From Arcobacter sp. (GTDB lineage Bacteria; Campylobacterota; Campylobacteria; Campylobacterales; Arcobacteraceae), in NCBI GenBank assembly GCA_965662175.1, contig CBFIGT010000012.1, positions 1 through 33,473 of the forward strand: a stretch of DNA of 33,473 bases, given 5' to 3'. A program made the position numbers and the translations under genes. Positions 18,603 through 28,723 of the stretch are shown here, piece after piece. Every line of letters begins with the position of its first letter. The first letter of the stretch is position 1. The notes beneath the pieces were generated by a model. It did not search any database. It was not told the DNA's origin and worked only from the letters and a program-made list of their open reading frames with translations.

Positions 18603-18610
18603 GATAATTT

Positions 18611-19981
18611 ATGTTTAGACTCTTTTTGATTTTAATAACTTTTTTTGCAATTAGTTTATTTTCAAAAGAGTTTAAAGATGATGGCTATTATCGCTATGTT
18701 CAAGTTTTAGCCATAAGGGATTTTTCAAGAGCCCAAATAGTTATGAAAAAACTTGAAGAGCATGGTTATGAGTATATTGTTAGAGACTCAATAAAAAAAG
18801 GTGAACAATATTTTCGTGTTGTTGTAGGTCCTTTTTCAAAAAATAGTATAAAACAAGAGCAAGAAAAACTTAACAAATTGCTTTATTTAAAATCTTCATT
18901 TATTTTAACATATGAAACAAAACCAAGTGATACAGTTCAATATAAAAAGATTATCTCAAGTAAAAAAGTAGAAACAAAACCATATATAGAGGAAAAAGAG
19001 GATAAAGAGAGAATTGATAAAATTGTACAACTCTCTTTTACAAGGGAAAGTTTTGTAAAAAACAAAAACTTTGTTTGTAAAGAGCTAAATGAACTAGTTT
19101 CTAAAAACTATCCCCCAGCCATACTACTTCTTGCCTCAAACTATATAAAAGGTGATGAGTGCGTAAAACAAGATTTATCAAAAGCAATTAAGTATTTAAA
19201 AAATATGCAAAAAGAGGGTTTGAATTTACCTAAGAATTTAGTTAAGTTTTCAAAAGAGCTTTTGGCTGAAACTTATATAAAAACCTCAGATAGGGATAAC
19301 TTCCTAAAAGCTAAGAAATTATTTGATGAGCTTTTACTTGATGAAACAAATAGTGATAAATATACTATTTATTTATATAAACGTTTAGCCTATATTGAAT
19401 ATACACTTAAAGAGTACAAGTATATGAATTTATGGCTACTTGAAGCAGCAAAACTAGATGATATAGAGTCTCAAATAAATTTAAGTAAAAACTATATTAG
19501 TGGTACAGGAGTTGAGAAAAATATTGAAAAAGCAGTTTATTGGCTGGAAAAATGTGTAGATAAAGATAAAAAGTGTGGAGAAAATTTGGGGGCTATTTAT
19601 ATGAATATAAACTATAAAATAGCACCAAATCTTGATAAAGCATTTATAAGCTATGCAAAAGCTGTTAAATTAGGTTCACAAAAAGCAAAAAGTTTTATAG
19701 ATAATAGAGATGAAATTGAAGAGTTTTACTCTTTTATGCAAAGTGATGAAATTCAATATAAATTAGTTGTTGAGTATTTAAATAAGTATATAAAAAAAGA
19801 GGAGTTAAAAAATATATTTATTACAAATATAAATCAAAGGGATAAAGAGTATGATGTTTTTATATCTCTTGCTCATAATAATGAGGAAAAAGTTGCCAAA
19901 TTAGTTTTTTTAAAAAATAGACATAACTATTGGTTTGTAAAAGATTTTAAAATAGCTAACTCTATATTAACTTTAAGATGA
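18611..19981 (+). CDS. Secreted SPOR-domain + Sel1-like repeat protein
   Basis: Signal peptide; YVQVLA...YFRVVVGPF (SPOR); YIKGDECVKQDLSKA and GTGVEKNIEKAVYWLEK (SLR). Confidence 0.75.
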   Translation: MFRLFLILITFFAISLFSKEFKDDGYYRYVQVLAIRDFSRAQIVMKKLEEHGYEYIVRDSIKKGEQYFRVVVGPFSKNSIKQEQEKLNKLLYLKSSFILTYETKPSDTVQYKKIISSKKVETKPYIEEKEDKERIDKIVQLSFTRESFVKNKNFVCKELNELVSKNYPPAILLLASNYIKGDECVKQDLSKAIKYLKNMQKEGLNLPKNLVKFSKELLAETYIKTSDRDNFLKAKKLFDELLLDETNSDKYTIYLYKRLAYIEYTLKEYKYMNLWLLEAAKLDDIESQINLSKNYISGTGVEKNIEKAVYWLEKCVDKDKKCGENLGAIYMNINYKIAPNLDKAFISYAKAVKLGSQKAKSFIDNRDEIEEFYSFMQSDEIQYKLVVEYLNKYIKKEELKNIFITNINQRDKEYDVFISLAHNNEEKVAKLVFLKNRHNYWFVKDFKIANSILTLR

Positions 19982-20871
19982 AAATAGTTTTACTTTTATT
20001 TACTTTATCTCTCTTCTCTTTTTCAAAAGGATTTGAATACTTTATTCAAGTTGCATCTACTAAAAAAGTTGAAAGACTTGATTATTTTAAGAAAATTGCA
20101 ATAGATAATAATTTAAACTATATTACAAAAGAGAGGATAAAAAAAGATACTCGTTATTTTAGACTATTAATAGGTCCATACAAAACAAGAGATGAAGCAA
20201 AAATATATTTAAGTGATTTGAAAAAGATATTTGATAATAAAAGTGCTTATATAAGTAGGTTTAGAAAAAATAGTTCAAAAATTGACAAAATCAAAAAAGC
20301 AGGACATGAAGCTTATATCAATCGTAATTTTACACTAATGAATAAGTATTTGGAAGAGGCTGCTAGTTTAGGAGATGATGAATCAATTTATTATATTGGA
20401 AAAAACTATCATCATGCAATTGGAATTAAGCAAAATATTAAAAAAGCGATTTATTGGTATGAAAAGTGTCAAAATGATAATAGATGCTTAATTGGTTTAG
20501 GAAATATCTATTTAAACTATAGTTTGGACTTAAAACCTAATTTAGATAAGGCATTTAAATATATAGAAAAAGCCTCAAAAAATGGCTCAAAAAAAGCAAA
20601 AGTTTTTATAGAAAATAGAGAGATAATTGAAAACACACATATGCTTTTACAAAAAGATGAAATTGAAGAAAAACTAATAGAGACTCTTTTTTATCAAAAT
20701 GCTAAAAATATCAAAATACAAAATGTACAAATAGTAAATAAATATACTCAAGATAAAAGTACAAACATTAATATAAGCACCATATTAAATGGTAAACTAA
20801 GAGATGCTTTTATGAGGCTTCAAAAAAATAAGAATAATTATTGGGAAGTTTTAGAGTTTAAGATTTATTAA
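19978..20871 (+). CDS. Secreted SPOR-domain + Sel1-like repeat protein, paralog of the upstream gene
   Basis: Signal peptide; YFIQVAS...YFRLLIGPYKTRDEA; GIKQNIKKAIYWYEK, PNLDKAF. Confidence 0.75.
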   Translation: MKIVLLLFTLSLFSFSKGFEYFIQVASTKKVERLDYFKKIAIDNNLNYITKERIKKDTRYFRLLIGPYKTRDEAKIYLSDLKKIFDNKSAYISRFRKNSSKIDKIKKAGHEAYINRNFTLMNKYLEEAASLGDDESIYYIGKNYHHAIGIKQNIKKAIYWYEKCQNDNRCLIGLGNIYLNYSLDLKPNLDKAFKYIEKASKNGSKKAKVFIENREIIENTHMLLQKDEIEEKLIETLFYQNAKNIKIQNVQIVNKYTQDKSTNINISTILNGKLRDAFMRLQKNKNNYWEVLEFKIY

Positions 20872-20894
20872 AATAGCTCCAAAAGGAGCTATTT
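20871..20894. terminator. Probable bidirectional intrinsic terminator between convergent genes
   Basis: AAATAGCTCC-AAAA-GGAGCTATTT. Confidence 0.8.
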
Positions 20895-20896
20895 AT

Positions 20897-22066
20897 TTAA
20901 AAATCACTAAAGTTTTTGATGATTTTCTTAGCTTCTTCAAGGGCTTTTTCACTTGAGTTTTTATCAAATGTCAATGCAACAGCCATTCTTCTTCCCTCAT
21001 GAGATTGTGGTTTTCCAAATACTCTAACATAAGAGTTATTTGTAAAAGCCTCTTCTTTTATATCAATTATAGGATTAAATGTATCATTAGTAGCCTTATA
21101 AGCAGCACTTGCTCCACAACCATAATCAATATAATCTAAAGGTAAGCCTAATACAGCTCTTACATGAAGTGCAAACTCACTTTGAGATTGTGTAATCATT
21201 GTAACCATTCCTGTATCATGAGGTCTTGGGCTAACTTCACTAAAATATACTTCATCACCTTTTACAAACATTTCAACACCAAAAATACCTCTTCCACCTA
21301 AACCATCAGTTACAGTTTTCGCTATTTCTTCTGCATTTTTCTTTGCTATTTCACTCATATTCATAGGTTGCCATGAGAAGATATAATCTCCATCTTGTTG
21401 GATATGACCAATTGGTTCACAAAAAACTGTTTGTTTTTCATTTCTAACAGTTAGTAAAGTAATTTCATAATCAAATTTTATAAACTCTTCTACAATTAAC
21501 TCACTAGCATCACCTCTAGCCTCTTTTGCTATTTCCCAAGAGTTTTGCAAATCAGCTTCAATTTTTGCAACACTTTGACCATGACCTGATGAACTCATTA
21601 CAGGTTTAATAACACATGGAAATCCCATATTTTGTGCTGCTTTTTCTAAACCCTCAAAAGTAGTAACAAACTCATAAGCACCGGTTTTTACTCCAAGTTC
21701 TACAGCTGCAAACTCTCTAATATTTTTTCTATTCATTGTTTTATTAACAGCATCTGCATTTGGAATTACATGAAATCCCTCTTTTTGGGCATCAAATAAA
21801 GCTTCAATACTTATAGCTTCAACTTCAGGTAGGATAAAGTCAGGTTTTTCTCTTCTAATTACATCCAAAATCTCATTTTTGTTTTTCATATTGATTGTGT
21901 AAGCTTTATTTGCAACTAATTGTGCGGGAGCATTATTATAACTATCAACAGCAATTGTCTCAATACCTAATCTTTGAGCTTCGATTATAACCTCTTTACC
22001 TAACTCTCCACTACCAAGTAACATAATCTTGATAGAGTCTGATTTTAATGGTGCACTAAATTTCAT
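20897..22066 (-). CDS. purT: Formate-dependent phosphoribosylglycinamide formyltransferase
   Basis: [47 protein letters not shown]. Confidence 0.97.
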   Translation of the reverse strand: MKFSAPLKSDSIKIMLLGSGELGKEVIIEAQRLGIETIAVDSYNNAPAQLVANKAYTINMKNKNEILDVIRREKPDFILPEVEAISIEALFDAQKEGFHVIPNADAVNKTMNRKNIREFAAVELGVKTGAYEFVTTFEGLEKAAQNMGFPCVIKPVMSSSGHGQSVAKIEADLQNSWEIAKEARGDASELIVEEFIKFDYEITLLTVRNEKQTVFCEPIGHIQQDGDYIFSWQPMNMSEIAKKNAEEIAKTVTDGLGGRGIFGVEMFVKGDEVYFSEVSPRPHDTGMVTMITQSQSEFALHVRAVLGLPLDYIDYGCGASAAYKATNDTFNPIIDIKEEAFTNNSYVRVFGKPQSHEGRRMAVALTFDKNSSEKALEEAKKIIKNFSDF

Positions 22067-22802
22067 TTTTTTCCTTTTTTAGATTTTCAAAAAACATTTC
22101 ATCATATTTTTGTAGACTATTTTTTCTTATTACATTTTTTAGTATTTTAAGATATCTTTCTCTGATTTGAGAATAGTTTATCATTGTTTGGCTCAAAACA
22201 ATTCCAGTTATCTTTTTTTCATTATTTCGTAGTTCAAGTCGCTTATTTCTAAATTGGAAATAGGCTTTTGTTCTATTTAGGTTTAGCATATAAGCTGCAA
22301 TAGAGTCTTCAAAGGATTTGAATATTCTAACTAGATGTTTTGCATTGGCATCTCTTTTTAAAGGCATAATTCCAATTTTACCAAAAGTCCAGTGACCAAA
22401 AAGGTTATTTCCAAGTTTTGTAAATCTACTTGTCCCCCAACCACTTTCAACAGCTGCTTGGGCTAATGCTTGAGAAGGTGGTACTATATCAACTTTTTTT
22501 AGTAGTTTATCAAAATCATAAGGATTTAATACCCCATATTTTCTTGCAATTTTTGTAAGTCTATCTATCTCTTGAGACTCTTCATCTAAGTCATTTCTTC
22601 CTTTTATAGATAATAAAAATTCTCTCTCTTCCAAAATAGCTCTGTTTGCATTTTCAATATGAGGATATAAATAATCAAAAAAATAGTTCTGTTTTTTGAT
22701 TGTGGCTTTCATCTTATAATACTCTTTTGGAAAGCCTGTTGTTTCACCAAAACAGAAACTAAAACCTAAAACTAAAAAACTAAATAATAAAAACTTCTTC
22801 AT
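22056..22802 (-). CDS. GH73 glucosaminidase-domain protein (Bax-like), secreted
   Basis: [31 protein letters not shown]. Confidence 0.88.
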   Translation of the reverse strand: MKKFLLFSFLVLGFSFCFGETTGFPKEYYKMKATIKKQNYFFDYLYPHIENANRAILEEREFLLSIKGRNDLDEESQEIDRLTKIARKYGVLNPYDFDKLLKKVDIVPPSQALAQAAVESGWGTSRFTKLGNNLFGHWTFGKIGIMPLKRDANAKHLVRIFKSFEDSIAAYMLNLNRTKAYFQFRNKRLELRNNEKKITGIVLSQTMINYSQIRERYLKILKNVIRKNSLQKYDEMFFENLKKEKNEI

Positions 22803-22809
22803 AAAAATC

Positions 22810-23547
22810 CTATATCTCAGTTACAAAAACTTTTTTTACAGCACCTTTAAAAAAGATTTTTTCATCTTTTTTGCTTAAAGTTAACTCTTCATTACTTTTT
22901 GGATAAACAAATGTTTTATTTTCTACCAAATTAAGATTGTTTGCTCTTAAAAAACAAGCAGCCATTCCAGTTCCACAAGCTAATGTTTCTCCCTCAACTC
23001 CTCTTTCATAAGTTCTTACATAAATCTTACCATTTTCTATTTTTGCAAAATTTACATTTGCATTGTGGGCATATCTCATTTTTGCACATAATTCGTGATT
23101 ATAAGAGTTTAAATCATCTACAATAGTTACTAAATGAGGAACTCCCGTATCAACATGCCACCAAGTTAAACCCTCTTGTTCAAATGCTTCTTGGATTATA
23201 ATTGGAGTTGTTAATTGTGTTTCAACAATACTATTTTCTACACTTGATTCAATTAATCCAGCACCTGTTAAAAACTTCATACTACTTTTTGCTAAGCCAT
23301 TATTATATGCATAATGTGCACAAGCTCTAGTGGCATTTCCACACATAGCAGCATCACTTCCATCACTATTATAAAATAGCCATTTAAAATCAGCTTCTCT
23401 ACTTGGAACTAAAACAACAAAACCATCAGCACCAATTCCCTCTGTTCTATTACAAAGTTTTGTAGCATCTTCTTTAAAATCTTTTTCTAAAAAAGTATGT
23501 GAAATAATAAAATCATTTCCACTAGCGCTATATTTTGTATATGTCAT
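22810..23547 (-). CDS. dapF: Diaminopimelate epimerase
   Basis: GNDF, GIGADG, NSDGS.AAMCGNA, GVPH, ERGVEGETLACGTG. Confidence 0.96.
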   Translation of the reverse strand: MTYTKYSASGNDFIISHTFLEKDFKEDATKLCNRTEGIGADGFVVLVPSREADFKWLFYNSDGSDAAMCGNATRACAHYAYNNGLAKSSMKFLTGAGLIESSVENSIVETQLTTPIIIQEAFEQEGLTWWHVDTGVPHLVTIVDDLNSYNHELCAKMRYAHNANVNFAKIENGKIYVRTYERGVEGETLACGTGMAACFLRANNLNLVENKTFVYPKSNEELTLSKKDEKIFFKGAVKKVFVTEI

Positions 23548-24134
23548 ATAATTTCCTTAATAATTCTCTCTACCTCTTTTTGTAGATTTTTAAGATTTGT
23601 AGAGTTATTTATAACTAAATTGGCTAATTTTTTTTTCTCTTCAATATCCATTTGATTTGAGATTTTTAGTTTAGCTTCCTCTTCATTTATGCCATCTCTA
23701 TTCATCAATCTTTTTATTTGCAACTCCCTTGGAGTATAAATAACAAGTGACTTTTTTATAGGATAGTTCATTTTTTCATAAAAAAGTGGAATATCTATGA
23801 AGTAAGGTTTTCCCTGTTCTTCAAATATTTTTGACTCTTTTTCAATCTCTTGGGCAATTAATGGGTGAATAAAATTTTCAAGTTTCTCTTTATTCTCTTT
23901 ATTTGAAAAAATTATTGGACCTAGTTTTTTTCTTAAAACTTTTCCATTTTCAACATACTCATCACCAAACATAGAAGCAATTTCACCACTATGCTCATCA
24001 AGAAGTTTATGTGCAATTTTATCAGCATCAATTGTCAAAAAACCGTGTAGCTTAAAGAGACTACAAACTGTACTTTTACCTGTAGCTATTCCACCTGTTA
24101 ATGCAATAGCATGTTTAAATGTGTCATTATTCAT
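23544..24134 (-). CDS. coaE: Dephospho-CoA kinase
   Basis: LTGGIATGKST, DADKIAH, IHP, DIPLFYE. Confidence 0.96.
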   Translation of the reverse strand: MNNDTFKHAIALTGGIATGKSTVCSLFKLHGFLTIDADKIAHKLLDEHSGEIASMFGDEYVENGKVLRKKLGPIIFSNKENKEKLENFIHPLIAQEIEKESKIFEEQGKPYFIDIPLFYEKMNYPIKKSLVIYTPRELQIKRLMNRDGINEEEAKLKISNQMDIEEKKKLANLVINNSTNLKNLQKEVERIIKEII

Positions 24135-24140
24135 TAAGAT

Positions 24141-24146
24141 ATTATA
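24141..24146 (-). promoter_or_regulatory. Putative sigma70 -10 box 6 nt upstream of the coaE ATG
   Basis: Minus strand TTAG-TATAAT-ATCTTA-ATG; no Shine-Dalgarno. Confidence 0.55.
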
Positions 24147-24201
24147 CTAAGTTTTTTATTAATTGTAAAAAAGAGGGAAGAAGTGGTGATATTACAAAGC
24201 T

Positions 24202-24756
24202 TTATCGCTTTGCAATACCTGTTAAATCTTTTTGAATATGTGTAGGAAATACAAAAGATGCATGGTGAATTTCAGTTGAGTAGTAGTTTAAATCAACTAA
24301 TAAATCTGATCTTTGTAATACAATATCAGCTGTAGGATGATATTTTTTAGAAGCTAATACACAAGTTGTATGTCCAAAACTATATGGCATACAAATCCAG
24401 AAATTAACACCTGTAATTGTTAAATCATTTTTTAATCTTTTTGCATCTTTAGAATAACTATCTGTTTTATATGCAATAACACCATCATCTTTAATAATTC
24501 TTTGAATATTTGCTAAAATCATTTCATCTATATTTACATCTGTTAAAATTACTACATCAATATTTTTTTCATTTTTTGAGTTTAGTAAAGAGATATCTCC
24601 AAACTCTACATTTAATTTATGTTTTGCAACCTCTGCTTTTAGTTCATCATCACAGTTTCCAATAACTAAAATATTTTCAGGCTCTTTATGCGTACATAAA
24701 GGAACATGAACAATCATTTCATTAAAGCTGAAATTTTTGTTTTCTAAGCTTGACAT
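24202..24756 (-). CDS. Shortened, degenerate spermidine synthase-like protein
   Basis: EMIVHVPLCTHKEPENILVIG, ASKKYHP, YYSTEIHHASFVFP; lacks the GGGDG motif and the N-terminal domain. Confidence 0.8.
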   Translation of the reverse strand: MSSLENKNFSFNEMIVHVPLCTHKEPENILVIGNCDDELKAEVAKHKLNVEFGDISLLNSKNEKNIDVVILTDVNIDEMILANIQRIIKDDGVIAYKTDSYSKDAKRLKNDLTITGVNFWICMPYSFGHTTCVLASKKYHPTADIVLQRSDLLVDLNYYSTEIHHASFVFPTHIQKDLTGIAKR

Positions 24757-24852
24757 TTATTAGTCCTTTTATTTTATAAAATTTTCGATATAATACCGAA
24801 AAATTTTTAAATTAAAATGTATAAATAATTTTAATTAGTAAAAAGGTGAATA

Positions 24853-25848
24853 ATGAGCACAGTTAGTTACAAAGATGCTGGTGTAGATATTGATGCGGGA
24901 AATCAGTTTGTTGAGAATATAAAACCATATGTAAAATCAACAATGATTCCTGGAGTTCTTGGTGGTATTGGTTCTTTTGCGGGAGCTTTTGAGTTACCAA
25001 GTGGTTACAAAAAACCAGTACTTCTTTCTGGAACTGATGGTGTTGGAACAAAACTAAAATTAGCTATTGATTCTAAAAAATTTGATACAGTTGGTATTGA
25101 TTTAGTTGCAATGTGTACAAATGATTTATTATGTAATTTTGGTGAACCGTTATTTTTCTTAGATTATTATGCAACTGCAAAACTTGAAGTTGATGAAGCA
25201 AGTGATGTTGTAAAAGGTATTGCTGAGGGTTGTATTAGATCTGAGTGTGCATTAGTTGGTGGTGAAACAGCTGAAATGCCTGGTATGTATAAAGAGGGTG
25301 ATTTTGATTTAGCTGGTTTTTGTGTTGGAATTGCTGAAAAAGATGAGTTAAACAGAATTGAAAGAATAAGTGCAGGTGATACTTTAATCGCACTTCCATC
25401 TTCAGGTGTTCACTCAAATGGTTTTTCATTAGTTAGAAAGTTACTTTTAGAAAAATTAGGAATGAGCTTAGATGATGATTTCCAAGGGAAAGCTTTAAAA
25501 GGTGTTTTATTAGAGCCAACTAGAATTTATGTAAAAGAGTTCAAAGCAAATAAAGAGAATATCAATGCATTAGCTCATATTACAGGTGGTGGTATTACTG
25601 AAAACTTACCAAGAGTTTTACCTGATAATTTAAAAGCTATTGTTGATAGAAGTAAAATAAAAGTTTTACCTATTTTTGAATTTATGGGTCAACATGTTGA
25701 GCTTGAAGAGATGTATAGAACATTTAATATGGGTGTTGGAATGGTTCTTGTTGTAAGTCCAGATAAAGTTGATGCTGTTTTAGCTTCTACTGATGGATAT
25801 GTGATTGGTTCTATTGCTGAGGGTGATAAAGGTGTTGAGTTTATTTAA
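24853..25848 (+). CDS. purM: Phosphoribosylformylglycinamidine cyclo-ligase
   Basis: YKDAGVDI, TDGVGTK, GGETAEMP, SSGVHSNGFS, HITGGG, TFNMGVG. Confidence 0.97.
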   Translation: MSTVSYKDAGVDIDAGNQFVENIKPYVKSTMIPGVLGGIGSFAGAFELPSGYKKPVLLSGTDGVGTKLKLAIDSKKFDTVGIDLVAMCTNDLLCNFGEPLFFLDYYATAKLEVDEASDVVKGIAEGCIRSECALVGGETAEMPGMYKEGDFDLAGFCVGIAEKDELNRIERISAGDTLIALPSSGVHSNGFSLVRKLLLEKLGMSLDDDFQGKALKGVLLEPTRIYVKEFKANKENINALAHITGGGITENLPRVLPDNLKAIVDRSKIKVLPIFEFMGQHVELEEMYRTFNMGVGMVLVVSPDKVDAVLASTDGYVIGSIAEGDKGVEFI

Positions 25849-25866
25849 TTTAAACCAAATAAACTC

Positions 25867-25902
25867 AAAAAGGGATGAGTCTTTTGACTTATCCCTTTTT
25901 TT
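25867..25902. terminator. Intrinsic terminator after purM (probably bidirectional)
   Basis: AAAAAGGGATGAGTC-TTTT-GACTTATCCCTTTTTTT. Confidence 0.85.
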
Positions 25903-25918
25903 ATTTTAATACTTATTA

Positions 25919-26968
25919 TTAAACTTCAACTCTATTTCGCCCATTTTTTTTAGCTAGATATAGTTTTTTATCAACTGCTTTATAGGCTTTATCAAAAGAT
26001 TTAAAATCACCCACATATACAATTCCAAAACTACAAGTAAACTTTGGAATATCTTTTAGTTCAGAACTTTGAAACTCTATGCTGTTTTTTAGTTTATTTG
26101 CAATCTCTTTTGCTGTAGATAAGTCAGATTCAAGTAATATTATAAACTCTTCACCACCCCACCTTACTAAAATATCATCTTTTCTAATAATCTTTTTTAC
26201 AATTTCTGTTAAAGAAATTAATGCCTTATCTCCAATATCATGACCATATTCATCATTGATTTTTTTAAAATAATCTATATCAAACATTATTAGAGATAAT
26301 TTTTGTTTTAGGCTTGTCATTTGATGAAATTTTATATCAATTATTGAATCAAAATAGTGTCTATTGAAAATATTAGTTAATTTATCATAATTTGCTTTTA
26401 GTTCAAGGTCTGTATTCTCTGTTCTTAAAAACTCTATTTCACTTAAATCTATATCCACGCAAAACATTTCAGGGTCAGGTGTTCCCTCTCCTAGCATTAT
26501 GTGTGAAGAAAAAACTTGTATATAAGATTGGTCTTTTCTTTTAAGTTTTAATTCACCCGCTGGTATTAACTTTCCATTCTCAAACCAATCTTTTATCAAA
26601 TTTATTGCAGGCTCGTGCATCTCTTCTGGAATTATTAAATCTTCGAGTTTATTCCCAATTGCTTCTTTATAGGTATATCCATAAATAGTTTCACTAGCTT
26701 TATTCCAAAATACAACATCTCTATTTTTGTTATATCCTTGAATTGCAACATAAGGAATAGTGTTAATTAGCTCTATAAAACTTCTCTCTTCTCCCATGCT
26801 TGAAATTGTTTTACTTCTTTTATACATGATTAAATTATTTATTCTGTTTATTTTTGTTTTTTGTTCTTGGCTAAGATTATCAGAGTCTAATAACTTTAGA
26901 ATTTCATTGCATTCAAGAATGTGATCTTTTAAATTTTGTTTTATTTTTAATAAATCATCTTTTTTCAC
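25919..26968 (-). CDS. PAS + GGDEF diguanylate cyclase
   Basis: PAS (VVFWNKASETIYGY..EAIG); DKLT..FNR, DIDYFKKINDEYGH..GD, RKDD I-site, RWGGEEF, AKKNGRN; GTG start. Confidence 0.92.
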   Translation of the reverse strand: MKKDDLLKIKQNLKDHILECNEILKLLDSDNLSQEQKTKINRINNLIMYKRSKTISSMGEERSFIELINTIPYVAIQGYNKNRDVVFWNKASETIYGYTYKEAIGNKLEDLIIPEEMHEPAINLIKDWFENGKLIPAGELKLKRKDQSYIQVFSSHIMLGEGTPDPEMFCVDIDLSEIEFLRTENTDLELKANYDKLTNIFNRHYFDSIIDIKFHQMTSLKQKLSLIMFDIDYFKKINDEYGHDIGDKALISLTEIVKKIIRKDDILVRWGGEEFIILLESDLSTAKEIANKLKNSIEFQSSELKDIPKFTCSFGIVYVGDFKSFDKAYKAVDKKLYLAKKNGRNRVEV

Positions 26969-27182
26969 AACTGTAAGCCTTTATTGTTAACTTGAAATTT
27001 TCATAGTATCATAATTAGTATATATAATGTTTAAAAATTTCTTCAAGTTTAGATAAAATAATTATAGTTTAGTATTTATAAATTGAGGGAAAGTGAAGAA
27101 TAAATGGTATCCACTTAGAATATGGAAACAGAATGAAATCTTGATTAAGATATCGTTCCCATACTCTTTTTAGATTTAAAAC

Positions 27183-27413
27183 TTATTTAGTTTTTTTAGC
27201 TTCTGGTTTTGCTTTTTTTACTGGTTTAGTAACACTTTTTTTAGCTAATTTTTTAGCAGTAGACTTAGCTTTTTTTGGTTTAGTTAATTTTAACTTAACA
27301 ACTTTTTTAGTGATTTTTTTAGCTAATTTTTTAGCTGGTTTTTTCTTAGCAACTTTTGCTGCTGCTTTCTTAGCTATTTTAGCTACTTTTTTCTCTTTTA
27401 ATATTTTTGCCAT
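27183..27413 (-). CDS. Very basic Lys/Ala-rich small protein (histone H1-like composition)
   Basis: 34 of 76 residues Lys; AKKLAKK twice; AAAGGAAA RBS. Confidence 0.75.
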   Translation of the reverse strand: MAKILKEKKVAKIAKKAAAKVAKKKPAKKLAKKITKKVVKLKLTKPKKAKSTAKKLAKKSVTKPVKKAKPEAKKTK

Positions 27414-27613
27414 CTTATTTCCTTTGATTTTGTCATAATTACTTATGTTTAATAGTAATATAATATGGTGATTGTATATGAAAAAAGATAAAATGTCAAG
27501 GCTTAACTTAAATAGATTTAAAAAGTTGATTATTTGTCATTTAACCATTTAATAATAAATTTTTAGATAGAATTTAACGTTTTACTATAAAGAATGAAAA
27601 TTAAGGAAAAGAA

Positions 27614-28723
27614 ATGTTATTAACTCCAGGTCCTACTCCTGTACCAGAATTTGTAAGAAAAGCTATGGCTGATGTTACTATTCATCATAGAACTCCAGAA
27701 TTTGAAGCTATTTTTGAAGAGACTAGAGAGTTACTATTTGAATTATTTGAAATGGATGAAGTTGTAATGCTAGCATCAAGTGGTTCAGGTGCAATGGAAG
27801 CTTGCGTAACAAATCTAACACATAAAAAAGCACTTACTGTAAATTCAGGTAAATTCGGTGAGAGATTTGGAAAGATTTGTAAAGCTTTTGATATAGATTA
27901 TACTGAGATTAAAAATGAATGGGACACTCCTGTTGATGTAGATGGGCTTATTGAAACTATTAAAAATGATAGTGAAATTGATGCTGTTTTTATCCAATTA
28001 TGCGAAAGTGCGGGTGGATTAAGACATCCTGTAGAAGAGATTGCAAAAAGAGTTAAAGAGCTAAATAAAGAGATAATGATTGTAGCTGATGGTATCACAG
28101 CAATTGGTGTTGAAAAAATTGATGCTACAAACATAGACGCTATTATTACAGGTAGCCAAAAAGCACTTATGCTTCCTCCTGGTTTGGCTATTGTTGGATT
28201 AAGCAATGCAGCTGTTTCTAAAATTGAGAAAAAACCAAGAGGTTTTTATTTTAACTTAGCAACAGAAATCAAAAAACAAAGAATGAATACAACAGCATGG
28301 ACAGCTGCTACTACCTTGATTATTGGACTTAAAGAGATTTTATCTTTTATCAAAACAAATGGTGGTTTTGAGAATTTATATATAAAAACAGCACTAAGAG
28401 CTAAGGCTACAAGAGAAGCATTAGAAGCAATTGGTTGTACAATATATCCAAAGACTCCAGCAAATGCCATGACTACTGTTTTTACAGAACAAGCACCTGC
28501 TATTAGAAAAATATTAAAAACAAAATATAATGTAAATATTGCAGGTGGTCAAGATCATATAAAATCTTCAATATTTAGAATTAATCATATGGGATTAGTA
28601 GAAGATTTTGAAGCTTCATGGGCTGTAAATGCAGTTGAATTAGCTTATGATGAATTAGGCTTAAGAACATTTGATGGAACAGCAAATAGAGTTTTTGCAC
28701 AAACGGCACTAAAAGGTAATTAA
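27614..28723 (+). CDS. Class V PLP aminotransferase (alanine-glyoxylate / serine-pyruvate family)
   Basis: LLTPGPTPVP, HHRT, SGSGAME, GKFGER, GSQKALMLPPG, FRINHMG. Confidence 0.92.
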   Translation: MLLTPGPTPVPEFVRKAMADVTIHHRTPEFEAIFEETRELLFELFEMDEVVMLASSGSGAMEACVTNLTHKKALTVNSGKFGERFGKICKAFDIDYTEIKNEWDTPVDVDGLIETIKNDSEIDAVFIQLCESAGGLRHPVEEIAKRVKELNKEIMIVADGITAIGVEKIDATNIDAIITGSQKALMLPPGLAIVGLSNAAVSKIEKKPRGFYFNLATEIKKQRMNTTAWTAATTLIIGLKEILSFIKTNGGFENLYIKTALRAKATREALEAIGCTIYPKTPANAMTTVFTEQAPAIRKILKTKYNVNIAGGQDHIKSSIFRINHMGLVEDFEASWAVNAVELAYDELGLRTFDGTANRVFAQTALKGN

